Of a stretch of 64,000 bases of DNA, positions 39,101 through 47,765 are shown in pieces. The translations under genes were made by a program, and so were the position numbers. Position 1 is the first letter of the stretch. The number at the start of each line of letters is the position of its first letter. Below the pieces are notes generated by a model that had not been told where the DNA came from, did not search any database, and was given only the letters and a program-made list of their open reading frames with translations. This DNA is from a virus (lineage: Duplodnaviria > Caudoviricetes). The DNA lies in IMG/VR virus record IMGVR_UViG_3300040801_001355, positions 11,750-75,749 of that record; one strand, given 5' to 3'.

Positions 39101-40764
39101 AGACTGTGCGAGAAGGCGTGCAAGGTGTGCTCATCTTAACACGTATAACTGATTACGCAAACCGTATGTCTGCTGCGATGATAGGAGCAAGACACTGGAT
39201 GGTTAGCAACCCGTACGACCCGAAGCTACATGGTTCTGTTCAAGATTATATTGAAACCGCGGCTACAATCGGAGGGTTAAAAGCTAACACGGTCAACGGC
39301 CGTTATGGAATTAACGATATGTCTCCTGCTATTAGACCTTTCGCTCGTCATTGGTTACTACGTAATACTCTGACAATGTGGAAGCCCGCTATCAAAGCAA
39401 TGGAAAACTGGAATCGTGCTATCATTAATATCAAACCATTCGCAAAGAGCCGACCACATTTAGGCAAAGCCTTTGCCACGTTAGCCGCCGCACAAGCAGC
39501 CGCGTTATTATTTGGCGGTGTCAAAGCAGCGTACTTATATGGCGATATTAAAAATATATTAGATAACTTTGACGAGTTAGCCGACAACATAGCGAATGAA
39601 GCGGGGGAAATCAAGGAAGGTTTTTCTGAGAAATTGTGGAACGAGATATATGCCGCGGCTAAAAAGCACGGCATCTCTAAAGATTATGTAGACGCAGCTC
39701 GCTTAACGTTTGAATACGGCGCACTATCAGCGTGGTTTAATGTCAACTTAGCAGCTGACGAAACCTTGGGTGGATATGCAGAGCCGTTTAATTTAAGTAA
39801 AATGGTGCGCATTATAGACGCTGCATGGGAGGGCATCGACAAGAGTGAAGAGAACGCAATTTTAAACGGGCTATTTAAAGCTGGGCTGGAAGCAGCAGGT
39901 GGTCGCGTTAAAGGTTTTTATAATGGTATAGTCCAAATACAAGATGGTTATCATCAAACTAAAAATGGCGACAGAATTACAGAGGCTTTCTTGACTGAGG
40001 ACGGCAAGGTAGAGGCAAGATACGTACCATATACCATGCAAGACTTGCTCGCAGAAGTTTTCTTTGGCAATCAACTGAAAGAAACAGACGCCAATATGCG
40101 TAGTTACTTAGACGAAAACCCATTATATACTTTGGAACAGAAGGTTGCATACGCAAATAAAATACTTAATGCGTCGGGTATCAAGATGGCTGGTTCATCA
40201 GACACAGAATTGAAGCGTGAGTTTATTAAGAAGAGTGGTATCATCCACCACATAGAAGACGTACGCGCCAAAATCTTAGATAAATTTGAAGAGGCCGCGC
40301 CTAAGATTAAAGCGTCACGCATCAAACTCAGCGAGTGGTTCGATAGCGAGGAGGGCCGCGCAACACTCATGGGTCAGAACGACCAGATGGGGCCAGCGAC
40401 TAACAGAGAAATGCAGCAAATCAAAAGCGCCTTATACAACGACGTCAACGCCTTTTACATTGACAAGATAGTAGCCGACGCGTTGAATGAAGTGGTACAG
40501 GAAAATGGATTACGCGAAAAATTTACAAATAGAATAAATGTACCTAAAGGTCAACCGCTATTTACTTATTTGTTTACAAGCAATCAATTGGCTATTTCAG
40601 AAACAGCGTTTTATGACGAGATAAAAAGTGGTGGCGGAGATATTAAGAAAACATTAGAAAAATATTATCAGTCAGAATATGGTGGCTTTGATTACGTCGT
40701 TGCTAAAACAAAAGCAAAGCTAAAACAAAAGCAATATAAAATAGAACGATTAGGAATAGATTAA
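33199..40764 (+). CDS. Giant internal virion/ejection protein with zincin HExxH motif
   Basis: 2521 aa; A/G/T-rich membrane-like segment near the N-terminus, HEGIH at nt 36166-36180, coiled coils and a hydrophobic helical C-terminal third. Confidence 0.65.
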   Translation: MSINSNYQALQPTSWLEEEREKEKKRRDSIRQTEEYRSIYGGDSLAAPPTPSMDLTGGADEGPSWLNPRPQDQVRQRRASVFDIIKNTQSVFNPDAKPLGYGTESVEMNNIRRLAADGQITITDNGDIFRNYLDDDGNVQRETIPTHYVDTNEGKVKPYSYTDEDKKEWWELAPKLITHTNPLTAPIAMGLDAITKSTTGQIDAEQFETKARQETPKQLDDEASLNTAVEHFMVNPVEKVADAFMSIGTTGRQQGDVDLFKSGEGSKYNTYQAVGAIANDVTTALTAGVVATVATGGVATTALASAIPSIRATWHDVASGKMTTTGGVEQTLIDVTTSWGGLKVAKALGPASRAGRQAITKAAEAGYNPFLTAYKNGMRYVIAPNAINFGVDAAGGAATAAINISQTQDVNLQDAEQQKAIALQALLEGGLGLSLGIIMDAVDVGKISRSIKNNKANTPPVPEDRSVKEKLDDLRRQQNADKDDGNLDANIRDAVAQRLIWEPNLTYDPDAIATSLINDFNIQPSKHGLLVEHVTHAMEAQKLLANIKSSADAKLGLADEPIAQYVTDEVVATASAIKPNSKVLKNSDFVATEQLLSGKEPTEELQRQSFRELNNMSNLMYGRGIAADNAGDLLSDMDSFSKGAVPSNYIPPSNSYYGQAFDQLNTVEGLDETVSQGALELMARGEVSQLLNQQFDVLQEIGLSAEDAGDILKHAYLGLDKDMPNSADFFDTINKAIQKDGELRTLVDIDNKLSDHIDDNHELYDIYGDNLLRIVQREPGLSFVQTPDPATEAAIQVEPTPAESQVLDEATTKIVNDNVDAMSPEAKEDVATNLKNLESDKVGGEDAAKETTDFLSGSPKREENVAKYEAAQNDASNQAEETTNRHNLTQNRDNKMMQLWNDWVNKRRTKKFWGAFGKDLEIDDDSEGAWDYTFGRDITGVFEPTANWPYGLVAIRTKNASNIKFPTLTDAGISSPPLTIGNETRQVSLHEGIHATFHQQVIGDPRFSLDMGEDAFLKLRAQKHNEWKDSFLYDTKYPQILDDAQQQLSIAQSQNAMGLENQAEIDRLKYINKWLNYSKSQGGDIEELFTVSFSDPVITQWLKGNGHYAGIEDWWRNNINELLPQEMANEALGRRVFMSGDYLMVAAALGLGLDPEDEHGNDVGWLQVALLGAAFGGRLPKVLKQRFKNAFKNNYVPVEMESNNSDALRRLRLKENYTELPTDEQAKLNNELHKSVQKDIQTVNSWMDADSWNPLARLYSSKMESVLTKSGVQDGRHTLTGQEKPIGPTELAMRREEGRQAAYQMQGKVTEADLEWRNFTTDKKMRGAVIDASYNIHGRLVEKELQGDWDFNDLTADQQMQVDLIIADELNKAANKHGVNNIAELQTSYDLYRKYQDVLTEFEANAATMKNYGQSYEDFKTETIGETAPNNILIEQQQTAIKLKRDELRAKEKDLANVKTQKKAADKLVEEHAKNPADYTPQQKLQAKRIQLAADKWLEEVKEEVKIARAQLNALRRDPVYGIAKEKRKFAKILFNTVEKRSPNTQYIDRHTASRRKKPYTIVISEIDPETGKLVKPSESRIKLIETFGTQNQQTNYETDAIVDGKLRYITLPDGTRGREYNVDGEWVPVKWDPFNATERRRSTQQAINVSIQQVLRNLGMVDGSLTSKDMAALHKSLSTLSNNIQKSYAHGLDVEESDIAAQAAALEELLGPVLETGVLNNSESINNIFYILNHIQKSTLGRSVKSKNYQTKSIVDGYTANDWYKWHQETSDIKMNVYANDMIDGAYEAELMRQMNALGDNGLTRTPYFDWLFREYSDAKYIMSPTANDNAWYKNALHNGVSLLTGATLALSPGSAIRNTYQGIVGDIMSPTAEARSRWIDGLVNEASMRVKSAKHTFDIYRKKATGNVSQAELDQAYEDAVKAATSTDALFTDPQFHDAVDEAVLRRIMQVGIADDDPSSHLLGSKTVREGVQGVLILTRITDYANRMSAAMIGARHWMVSNPYDPKLHGSVQDYIETAATIGGLKANTVNGRYGINDMSPAIRPFARHWLLRNTLTMWKPAIKAMENWNRAIINIKPFAKSRPHLGKAFATLAAAQAAALLFGGVKAAYLYGDIKNILDNFDELADNIANEAGEIKEGFSEKLWNEIYAAAKKHGISKDYVDAARLTFEYGALSAWFNVNLAADETLGGYAEPFNLSKMVRIIDAAWEGIDKSEENAILNGLFKAGLEAAGGRVKGFYNGIVQIQDGYHQTKNGDRITEAFLTEDGKVEARYVPYTMQDLLAEVFFGNQLKETDANMRSYLDENPLYTLEQKVAYANKILNASGIKMAGSSDTELKREFIKKSGIIHHIEDVRAKILDKFEEAAPKIKASRIKLSEWFDSEEGRATLMGQNDQMGPATNREMQQIKSALYNDVNAFYIDKIVADALNEVVQENGLREKFTNRINVPKGQPLFTYLFTSNQLAISETAFYDEIKSGGGDIKKTLEKYYQSEYGGFDYVVAKTKAKLKQKQYKIERLGID

Positions 40765-40958
40765 TGCAGTGGTACACATATAAAGTTGTAGAAAATAGCG
40801 AGGGTTCTACGCTTTTATATTGTGAAAAAGGCGAGCACTTTATGCGCATCAATTTTTGTTTAGATGCGTCACAAGAATACACGCAGGAAGACATCGAGAA
40901 AAAAAGGAGGCTATATGAAAACGGGTGCCGACAAGACGAGCAAGGATTTAGAGAGTGA
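40764..40958 (+). CDS. Small hypothetical protein
   Basis: 64 aa, TAATG-coupled to the giant protein; overlaps the next gene. Confidence 0.35.
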   Translation: MQWYTYKVVENSEGSTLLYCEKGEHFMRINFCLDASQEYTQEDIEKKRRLYENGCRQDEQGFRE

Positions 40959-41682
40959 ACTATTATCTTTACACTCATTAAAAAAAGACAAGGCTGTCGA
41001 CGAGCTGCTACAATATCTTCGCATTGGGGAGACGCTGGGCAACTCACGCATGAGAGCTACATATAAAGAGTTAGCTCAGAAGTATAAGATAAGCGCATTC
41101 ATATTAAAGAGAGCGCAGACAGTAGCTAAAGAGTACAACGGCAAGTGGCATGAGGCTATACAACACTTCCAAGCATCAAGGTTTCACGACCCAAGCCAAT
41201 GGCTTATATCTAACTACGATAAAATCATAGAGCGTGATGGGCGCAATCGTTATGCCAGGCCTGAACGTAAAGCTGGCCAGGATATAAAGAGGAACAGCGA
41301 AGTTATCAGAGCTTCTTTAATTAAGATGGGTCATATGTCACGTGAAGACGGCGACGAAGGAGCAAGGCGCAAAGCAAGAAGCGTTTTGTATGATGCGTCA
41401 AGATTAATATCGAGATACATACCGCCAAGGATACAAACTCAAGAAGAGCGTGACCTTATTAAGTACATGCCGTGTAGTTCATGCGGCAATCCTGACCCGC
41501 CTCAAGATGGTTTTAAGTTGTTTAAGGTTAAGGGTTATATGCCGTATGGTGTATGTGATGAGTGTTTAGAAAAAAGCGAGGGCACAACAGAAGATATGAT
41601 TGACTGGTCAATATTGGCTAACAACTACTATGTATACGCGCGTCAATTGGAGCACGACATTAATCTTATACCAGGGTTGTAA
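40915..41682 (+). CDS. Hypothetical protein with HTH-like segment and CxxC..CxxC zinc finger
   Basis: AGGAGG upstream of ATG 40915; ATYKELAQKYKIS; MPCSSCG...VCDEC. Confidence 0.55.
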   Translation: MKTGADKTSKDLESELLSLHSLKKDKAVDELLQYLRIGETLGNSRMRATYKELAQKYKISAFILKRAQTVAKEYNGKWHEAIQHFQASRFHDPSQWLISNYDKIIERDGRNRYARPERKAGQDIKRNSEVIRASLIKMGHMSREDGDEGARRKARSVLYDASRLISRYIPPRIQTQEERDLIKYMPCSSCGNPDPPQDGFKLFKVKGYMPYGVCDECLEKSEGTTEDMIDWSILANNYYVYARQLEHDINLIPGL

Positions 41683-42110
41683 TGGTTACGCAAGATACAG
41701 AGATAGCTGTTAGTTTAAATACTATACAAAAGTTACGCTACATTGCTACATTATTAGAAGATGTGTTAGGCGTAGCTTTAGATGAAGTGCAAACGCTGGG
41801 CTACCTCGTGCATAATATTAACTTCTTAACTATACCGCATGGCTTTCAAGAGCTGGTATATGCTACTGAGTTATCGGATTACCTTGCTAATAGACGCACA
41901 AGTAAAGAGCAGAAATTCACGGGATTAGTTAAGTTAAATCTTACGTCTAATATATATAATAAAATGACAATCAAAACGCGCGAGCTTGACCCGAATACTA
42001 CGTATACGCATTCAATGATGGCAGGGATATGGGCAGCTTATGGCAAGCCAGTTGTCGAAAGGATACATCGTAAGTATATAGCGCAGGAGAAATTTAATAA
42101 TGGAAATTAA
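41682..42110 (+). CDS. Hypothetical protein
   Basis: 142 aa, TAATG-coupled ORF. Confidence 0.5.
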   Translation: MVTQDTEIAVSLNTIQKLRYIATLLEDVLGVALDEVQTLGYLVHNINFLTIPHGFQELVYATELSDYLANRRTSKEQKFTGLVKLNLTSNIYNKMTIKTRELDPNTTYTHSMMAGIWAAYGKPVVERIHRKYIAQEKFNNGN

Positions 42111-42351
42111 TATCAAGTTAATAGTGTCGCCGCCATTTATGAATATAACAATTCAATCACCTGGTCGCACTATTACGTTAAGCAATGCAGAAGATAAGCC
42201 GTTTGAAAGGACGGTTAAAATATTACAAGACTTAATCTATACATCGTGCAGACGCGCAACACCGCACGCCCGCAACAGACTGTATGTACGCACCATCAAT
42301 GAATTAAAATCAATGGAATCCTATCGTAAGAGGCGATGGCGGAACAAATAA
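42100..42351 (+). CDS. Hypothetical protein
   Basis: 83 aa, AGGAG RBS; last plus-strand gene, its 3' end overlaps the convergent HTH gene. Confidence 0.45.
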   Translation: MEINIKLIVSPPFMNITIQSPGRTITLSNAEDKPFERTVKILQDLIYTSCRRATPHARNRLYVRTINELKSMESYRKRRWRNK

Positions 42352-42618
42352 ATTATACTCAGCCTCTATTAATTTAATAATAAACCTACGTGCTTTAACG
42401 TAGGCTTTGCCGCCTTTGTCCATTATTAATAAGTCCCAATAGACTTCAGGTATTGATAAGTGTTGTAGTATTTTTTCTTTATCGAACGGCATTATATTTG
42501 TACGCCCATTCTCTAAGTTTCTGTATCTATGTGGACTCATATGTATTTTATGAGCCATATCTTGCGGCGTCAAATTACATTGACGTCGTAAATATTGTAA
42601 AATCTCTGACTCTTTCAT
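42310..42618 (-). CDS. XRE-family HTH transcriptional regulator
   Basis: LQYLRRQCNLTPQDMAHKIHMSPHRYRNLENG; AGGAG RBS. Confidence 0.8.
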   Translation of the reverse strand: MKESEILQYLRRQCNLTPQDMAHKIHMSPHRYRNLENGRTNIMPFDKEKILQHLSIPEVYWDLLIMDKGGKAYVKARRFIIKLIEAEYNLFVPPSPLTIGFH

Positions 42619-42688
42619 TTCAATCTCCTGTTTAAGTTTCGTGTAACCACCAGATAAACAAAATACTACGTTATTGCATCAAGCAAGC

Positions 42689-43327
42689 CTACTTGCTTGG
42701 GTCGTTTTGTCTTTGTATTCCCATAGCCGTTTCAAGTATCGTTCTGCCAGCTTCGTAATCAACCAAGTTTCGAGCGATTTTATCCGTTCTTTGATTGCCT
42801 TTGTATTTGTAAAAATCAAATTCGTGAAATGCACACCACTTACTTACTTCATCTTTGCCCCCCATTATTGGGGATTTACGCTCATTCAAATTAGTAGGTA
42901 AATTAAAATTAGTCCAATACAGGTGTCTGCCTCGCTTTGTAGCAGGTATTAATGGCTCGTAATAGGGCGTTACATTCTCAACCACATATTTGCCATCAAA
43001 CCACTTATCCAAGAATATAATTTCTTGATAAAGTTTCATATCAGGATACGTACTTTCTGTTGTATTTCTTCTTGCAAATCTCGCTCGGCTATGTGTCGAG
43101 CAAGGTGGAGAACTCCATATAAAATCAAAGTCTTTATAATTATCCAATAGGTATTGGTGTGCATCAGCAACTATTACCGTATCATTAGGAAATCGCTCTT
43201 GGTATAATTTTGCCAGCTCTGTATCAAGTTCAACGGCTATTACTTCAATGTTATCCGCAACTTCATCCCACTTGTAACGGTTCCCGCCCAAGCAAGCATA
43301 AAGATTTAATATTCTGTATTTCTTCAT
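42689..43327 (-). CDS. C5-cytosine DNA methyltransferase (short phage type)
   Basis: ILNLYACLGGN (motif I variant), WSSPPCS (IV) and VVENV (VI). Confidence 0.85.
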   Translation of the reverse strand: MKKYRILNLYACLGGNRYKWDEVADNIEVIAVELDTELAKLYQERFPNDTVIVADAHQYLLDNYKDFDFIWSSPPCSTHSRARFARRNTTESTYPDMKLYQEIIFLDKWFDGKYVVENVTPYYEPLIPATKRGRHLYWTNFNLPTNLNERKSPIMGGKDEVSKWCAFHEFDFYKYKGNQRTDKIARNLVDYEAGRTILETAMGIQRQNDPSK

Positions 43328-43368
43328 AGGCAACTTCTTCAAGTTCTTTGTCAAATGTTAGCTTCATA

Positions 43369-43674
43369 TCAATCACGTACCTCCCAGACGCCGCTATGAT
43401 ACCAATGCCATAAAGGCTCTCCGCCAAAGGTAGCGACTAATCTTTTGCCGTAAGGTGGCGTACCATCTTCTTCGTCGTTAGCTTCTTCTATTATATCTCT
43501 TACGTCGTCCGATACCATTAACACGTACCTCTCCCAATTCTCGTCTATATCATTAAGATTTTTCTCTGGTTCAGCAGCTGATTTAATAAACGCCCTCTCG
43601 TCTAATGCTACGTACACCTCGTGTTTATCTGGGTGTGTATATCTTTTATCTTTTTGACGTGTCTTTAATTTCAT
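43369..43674 (-). CDS. Hypothetical protein
   Basis: 101 aa, AGGAGGAG RBS. Confidence 0.5.
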   Translation of the reverse strand: MKLKTRQKDKRYTHPDKHEVYVALDERAFIKSAAEPEKNLNDIDENWERYVLMVSDDVRDIIEEANDEEDGTPPYGKRLVATFGGEPLWHWYHSGVWEVRD

Positions 43675-43693
43675 CGCTCAATCTCCTCCTAAT

Positions 43694-43718
43694 AAAAAGC
43701 CACGCTGTTAACGTGGCT
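43694..43718 (-). terminator. Intrinsic terminator-like hairpin
   Basis: Minus strand AGCCACG-TTAACAG-CGTGGCT followed by T run. Confidence 0.5.
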
Positions 43719-43727
43719 ATATTTTTT

Positions 43728-44285
43728 TTAATCTGTTTCTTTGACGCGTTGCCAAATGTCTTCGGTCAACGTCCAGCTTAACAGATAAATGTAAGTGAGT
43801 ATCTTATAGACAATCTCATCTATCATTTTCTCTGTCAAGTTTCTTGTGTTAAACTCTTTATCGTGCTTTAAATACTCAAGTATAGAGGCGCTGTGCTTAC
43901 TCATGTTGCCTTGCATCGCATCTAACGGAGTGGTCGCCCCGCCGCTTTGTGATGCCTGTAACCAGAAGTTGTTAAATCTATCGCCGCCATCTTGCGTGTA
44001 CTCTTTTGCTTTACCCATAGTTCTGTCGTTGATTAGCTGCAATACTTTATCAAAGACAACCGCAAAAGCCTCTTGCGTCATAGTCACGCCTTCTGTTTCA
44101 AAGTCTGCGAGAGCGCGTTTACTTGTTACAAGTGGAGTCACTTCGTTAATGAGCATGAGTATGTCGCCTATGTTCTCGCTATTATACTCGCCCTCTATCA
44201 TCTGCGTTAACTTTAAGTAAGGTTTATTACGCGATGGTGCTAACGCTTCGTTAGCTTCACGCTTTTCACTATTCTTATCTGACAT
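43728..44285 (-). CDS. All-alpha nucleotide-metabolism-associated (MazG/Nmad1-like) protein
   Basis: KAKEYTQDGGDRFNNF..MSKH..SI..EKMIDEIVY pattern. Confidence 0.5.
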   Translation of the reverse strand: MSDKNSEKREANEALAPSRNKPYLKLTQMIEGEYNSENIGDILMLINEVTPLVTSKRALADFETEGVTMTQEAFAVVFDKVLQLINDRTMGKAKEYTQDGGDRFNNFWLQASQSGGATTPLDAMQGNMSKHSASILEYLKHDKEFNTRNLTEKMIDEIVYKILTYIYLLSWTLTEDIWQRVKETD

Positions 44286-44298
44286 TTATCCTCCGTAA

Positions 44299-44709
44299 TT
44301 AAAATGGTACATCATCATCTTCTGTTGCCTGTGCTGACGCATCAGGCGCGGCTTTAGCATAAGAGTCGTCGTTGTTTTCTTGCCTACTTACGAACTGTAT
44401 TTCATTAGCCTTGAGATATTTATATCTCTGCTTATTGCCATCGTCATCTGTGTACTCGTAACTTTCGTCTGGTCCAGCAACATATACCATGTCGCCTTTA
44501 TTTATCTTCTCTACTTTACCGACCAACGGGCCAAAGACTGTGACGTTGTGCCATGTTACTTGTTCTACCCATTCGTCATTCTTATCTTTGTAGTATCTGT
44601 TAGTTGCCACAGTTAACTTCGCTTTCTGTGTGTCATTTTTACCGACTGTAATCTCGGGTTGCATCCCTACGTTGCCAAGTATTTCTTTGCGGTTAATATT
44701 AATAGCCAT
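44299..44709 (-). CDS. ssb: Single-stranded DNA-binding protein
   Basis: ILGNVG..PE, LTVATNRYYKD..WHNVTVFG, KGDMVYV and an acidic DDDVPF tail. Confidence 0.93.
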   Translation of the reverse strand: MAININRKEILGNVGMQPEITVGKNDTQKAKLTVATNRYYKDKNDEWVEQVTWHNVTVFGPLVGKVEKINKGDMVYVAGPDESYEYTDDDGNKQRYKYLKANEIQFVSRQENNDDSYAKAAPDASAQATEDDDVPF

Positions 44710-44724
44710 TATAAACTCCTAAAA

Positions 44725-45804
44725 TTACTTAAATAAATTGCGCTTGATTCTAAACGACCTTGCGCCTGGTTCTTCTACTAAATACTTGCGATATAACTCT
44801 GCATTTTCAGCTTTAAAGCTATCCGCGTTAAACTTAAATTTGTTCTTGTTGTTTTTCAGTGTTGCATATACCGTGCCATCGTATGTCAATTCCTCTGCGT
44901 CTTCTAAATATATCTTTACGTCATCTTTTAATGCCGCTATCATACCACCTATATCTTTAGCTTCCTGCTGCAAGTCGGCTGTAGCGTCGAGTATCTGTTG
45001 TTCAACCTCTTTTTGTTTATCTTCTAACTTTACGATAGCTTCGATTGGGTTTTGTGTTAACTCAGCTAAGTAATCCTGAGCTACTGTCAATGCGTCAGAA
45101 TAAAAATCACTCAGGTCACGCTGCTTCTTAGGAACGGCAACAGAGTATCGTTGCTTCCATTCGTTAAGGTCATTAACGGGCGGTGGCTCTTCGGGTATTA
45201 CATGACGATTCCAAAAGTCCTCCGCTAATTCTAACAGCAATTCAAATTTTTCTCTGTCAAATTGTACGGGGAATATTTTTAAATCATTATCTAATAACGC
45301 ACATAGATGTGACTCTTCGTCAACCGCTATATCATCACCAAATAGCTTGTTGTATTGTTCAACGTAATCAATATATATACCCGTGTTCCACATTAATTGT
45401 GTAACGTACATATCAGGTGGCCCATCCTTCCACATATTTTGAACAGCATAGCCAACTGAGTTCTTATGTTCAACAACCCTGTGTTTGCCATCACTCAACA
45501 CAACGATATTATCAGGCGTAGTGTGTGCCCAACTGTATCTTGGGTGCTTGATAACTACGTCTTCTGACATATATAAATCGCAACCCATTTCTTCTGCGTA
45601 TAACTGTGCGATAAAAGACTCGATGAACGAGCCTCTTCGCATAGCTATCGTCGGAGTAGTCTTAGTGCCATTCACTTTTCTATCCCACAATTCATAAGGC
45701 GTTTGATAGTGGTTCTCCCCTGTCAATATGCCAATCTCACTACCACCTATTGATGCGGCACGTGCCTTTAAAAACTTCTCTTCTTCTTCCCTTGTGCGTA
45801 TCAT
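44725..45804 (-). CDS. YqaJ-like viral recombinase exonuclease
   Basis: SIGGSEIGILTG, MRRGSFIE, TPDN..EHKN, YVTQLMWN. Confidence 0.9.
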   Translation of the reverse strand: MIRTREEEEKFLKARAASIGGSEIGILTGENHYQTPYELWDRKVNGTKTTPTIAMRRGSFIESFIAQLYAEEMGCDLYMSEDVVIKHPRYSWAHTTPDNIVVLSDGKHRVVEHKNSVGYAVQNMWKDGPPDMYVTQLMWNTGIYIDYVEQYNKLFGDDIAVDEESHLCALLDNDLKIFPVQFDREKFELLLELAEDFWNRHVIPEEPPPVNDLNEWKQRYSVAVPKKQRDLSDFYSDALTVAQDYLAELTQNPIEAIVKLEDKQKEVEQQILDATADLQQEAKDIGGMIAALKDDVKIYLEDAEELTYDGTVYATLKNNKNKFKFNADSFKAENAELYRKYLVEEPGARSFRIKRNLFK

Positions 45805-46527
45805 TTAATTACCCCCTGTTGCAATCGATTGAATTTCCTTTAAGATTTTATCGTAATTACTTTTATCAACTTCTTTCAATGAAGTCAACCCGTTGTTACC
45901 CAATATAGTTAATACACCTTCTTGCGATAAGCCAACCTTCTGCGCCTCAGCCCATAACGTTGCCCCGAGTGACGCAGTTTTCTTTGCTTGCGCTGTACTT
46001 GGGGGGTTCTTAGGAGTAGACTTAGGGGCCGCTTGGGGGGTAGACTTAGGGGTCTTACGCTTTACAATCTCCTTCTTCCCATCTACATTATCGTCTAAAT
46101 TATTATTGTCAGGCTCTTCGTTAGGGTTATAATATGGTATGTCAAATATCATGCCATATACATAACGTTTTACATAAGTAGACGTCGCGCCAAATCTTTG
46201 TACTAAATTTCTTTGTTGCGTGTCTGATGAGATATTGTTAAATACGTAGCTTAACTGGTCTTCTGGATTATCTGTGCTATAAAATACAACAGTCACATCA
46301 TAGTCGTCTACAACTCCGTCGCTATTTTTATTACCCTTCATAGAGAAGTGTGACCATAAGCCATTCTCTACTAATAGTGGATTGAGAGCTTGTTGTATGT
46401 CACGTAGCTCTGCATAATTGTATTTTTGGTGTGGGTTTTTACCGTGTTTTTGCACCCATAACCCATCTTTAACGGCGTTTAATTTTTGATAAATGTTTTC
46501 GCCGCTTATTACTTTTTTCGCTGGCAT
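45805..46527 (-). CDS. ERF-family ssDNA annealing protein
   Basis: KHGKNPHQKYNYAELRDI..LNPLL and QRFGATSTYVKRY..F. Confidence 0.85.
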   Translation of the reverse strand: MPAKKVISGENIYQKLNAVKDGLWVQKHGKNPHQKYNYAELRDIQQALNPLLVENGLWSHFSMKGNKNSDGVVDDYDVTVVFYSTDNPEDQLSYVFNNISSDTQQRNLVQRFGATSTYVKRYVYGMIFDIPYYNPNEEPDNNNLDDNVDGKKEIVKRKTPKSTPQAAPKSTPKNPPSTAQAKKTASLGATLWAEAQKVGLSQEGVLTILGNNGLTSLKEVDKSNYDKILKEIQSIATGGN

Positions 46528-46805
46528 AAGTCCTCCGATATAATAAAAAATTCAACATCGCCTATAGTTAAAGGCGTGTCGGTTAAATGTTTAAAGTATA
46601 ACTTTCTTTTAATGCGTGTCGGGATTGTAGCTTCCCAAGCTGTTTGATTCTTTTGTACGTACGTACCTATCGTATTGAATATAGTGTCGCCCTTCCTTTT
46701 GCCAAGGCGTTTGCACTTAATATTGTTACTATCTAAAAAGCGTGATAGTTTTTTACCGTTTACTATTTGATATTTTGGCGTGTCAATTTTTATTGATGGT
46801 TGCAT
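46509..46805 (-). CDS. Hypothetical protein
   Basis: 98 aa, overlapping and coupled ORF in the operon. Confidence 0.4.
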   Translation of the reverse strand: MQPSIKIDTPKYQIVNGKKLSRFLDSNNIKCKRLGKRKGDTIFNTIGTYVQKNQTAWEATIPTRIKRKLYFKHLTDTPLTIGDVEFFIISEDLCQRKK

Positions 46806-47169
46806 TTCTTCGCTTTATCTCCTTTAAGTGTTTCTCGTGTAAGATGTTTATTGCATACGTGATACACGCAACAATACTATATATTATTGTATCCCCATCT
46901 AAAAAATAATAGATAAATACCGCGCTAATAAGCGTTGTTGTAACATATAATATCGTAGAGTACCCCAAAAATGTAGCGTATAATAATGACATCATCCATG
47001 TAATTGCTACGACGTACTGTATATCAACTGTTATAAAGCTGAATATAACGAGTGCAAGTAACGAGAAGATTTGGATTGCTCTGTGCCATATACTTTCCGT
47101 ATCTACATTTAAAGTTAGTGCAAATAGTGGTGGTAAAACTATGGTTAAGAATAAGATTTTTATGTCCAT
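46783..47169 (-). CDS. Multi-pass membrane protein
   Basis: About four hydrophobic segments with a basic C-terminal tail. Confidence 0.55.
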   Translation of the reverse strand: MDIKILFLTIVLPPLFALTLNVDTESIWHRAIQIFSLLALVIFSFITVDIQYVVAITWMMSLLYATFLGYSTILYVTTTLISAVFIYYFLDGDTIIYSIVACITYAINILHEKHLKEIKRRNATINKN

Positions 47170-47765
47170 AATTTACCCTTTAATTTTGCTCGTGCGTTAT
47201 TTAGTTTCTTTCGTAGTTGCGTCGTGTGTGCGTTCGTGTCAACCAGCAAGATGCTAATCAACCTCAATTCTTCCGCCGTTAATTTTACCTCCGCTGTCGG
47301 CGCGTCCTTTTTAATTTTTAAAAAATCTTGGTTATTATACGCTGCCTTATACGCTAAGGCGTACGATGAGTATGGTTTTATAATCCCGTCAGGTCTTACC
47401 GTAACATATATACGTGTTTTGTTGTCTTCTAAATCTTTGTAATATATTTTAATATGGTTAAGCTGCTCCTTATACTTATACCCATTAAGTCTATCGTTAA
47501 CAAATTTATCTGCGTCTGCCACTTTGTCTATATCTATCAGCTCGCTGAGTATCATACGGTACTTATCGGGATACAGATACGGATTAATTTGGACGGTCTT
47601 ATTATCCGAGGAGGACTTCAATAACCCGTATCGTATACCCGCAGCAACAGCTTGATTTGTAACGCCTAAGTCTTTAGCCAACTGTTCGGGCGGCACAAAC
47701 GTATCGGTGTTACGTTTACGCTTAGGCGTAGCGCTATGCAATATGAGCCCCTCATTATTTTTCAT
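47160..47765 (-). CDS. HTH (MerR/excisionase-like) domain protein
   Basis: VPPEQLAKDLGVTNQAVAAGIRYGLL. Confidence 0.55.
   Translation of the reverse strand: MKNNEGLILHSATPKRKRNTDTFVPPEQLAKDLGVTNQAVAAGIRYGLLKSSSDNKTVQINPYLYPDKYRMILSELIDIDKVADADKFVNDRLNGYKYKEQLNHIKIYYKDLEDNKTRIYVTVRPDGIIKPYSSYALAYKAAYNNQDFLKIKKDAPTAEVKLTAEELRLISILLVDTNAHTTQLRKKLNNARAKLKGKLWT

Noticed and set aside
31606-40764. Virion RNA polymerase (crAss two-barrel or N4/T7 type)
   Set aside because: No DxDGD motif and no convincing T7-type motif A/B/C seen. Composition fits ejection proteins.
44299-46527. SSB-YqaJ-ERF cluster as a novel system
   Set aside because: Well-known lambda Red-like recombination module; annotated as features only.
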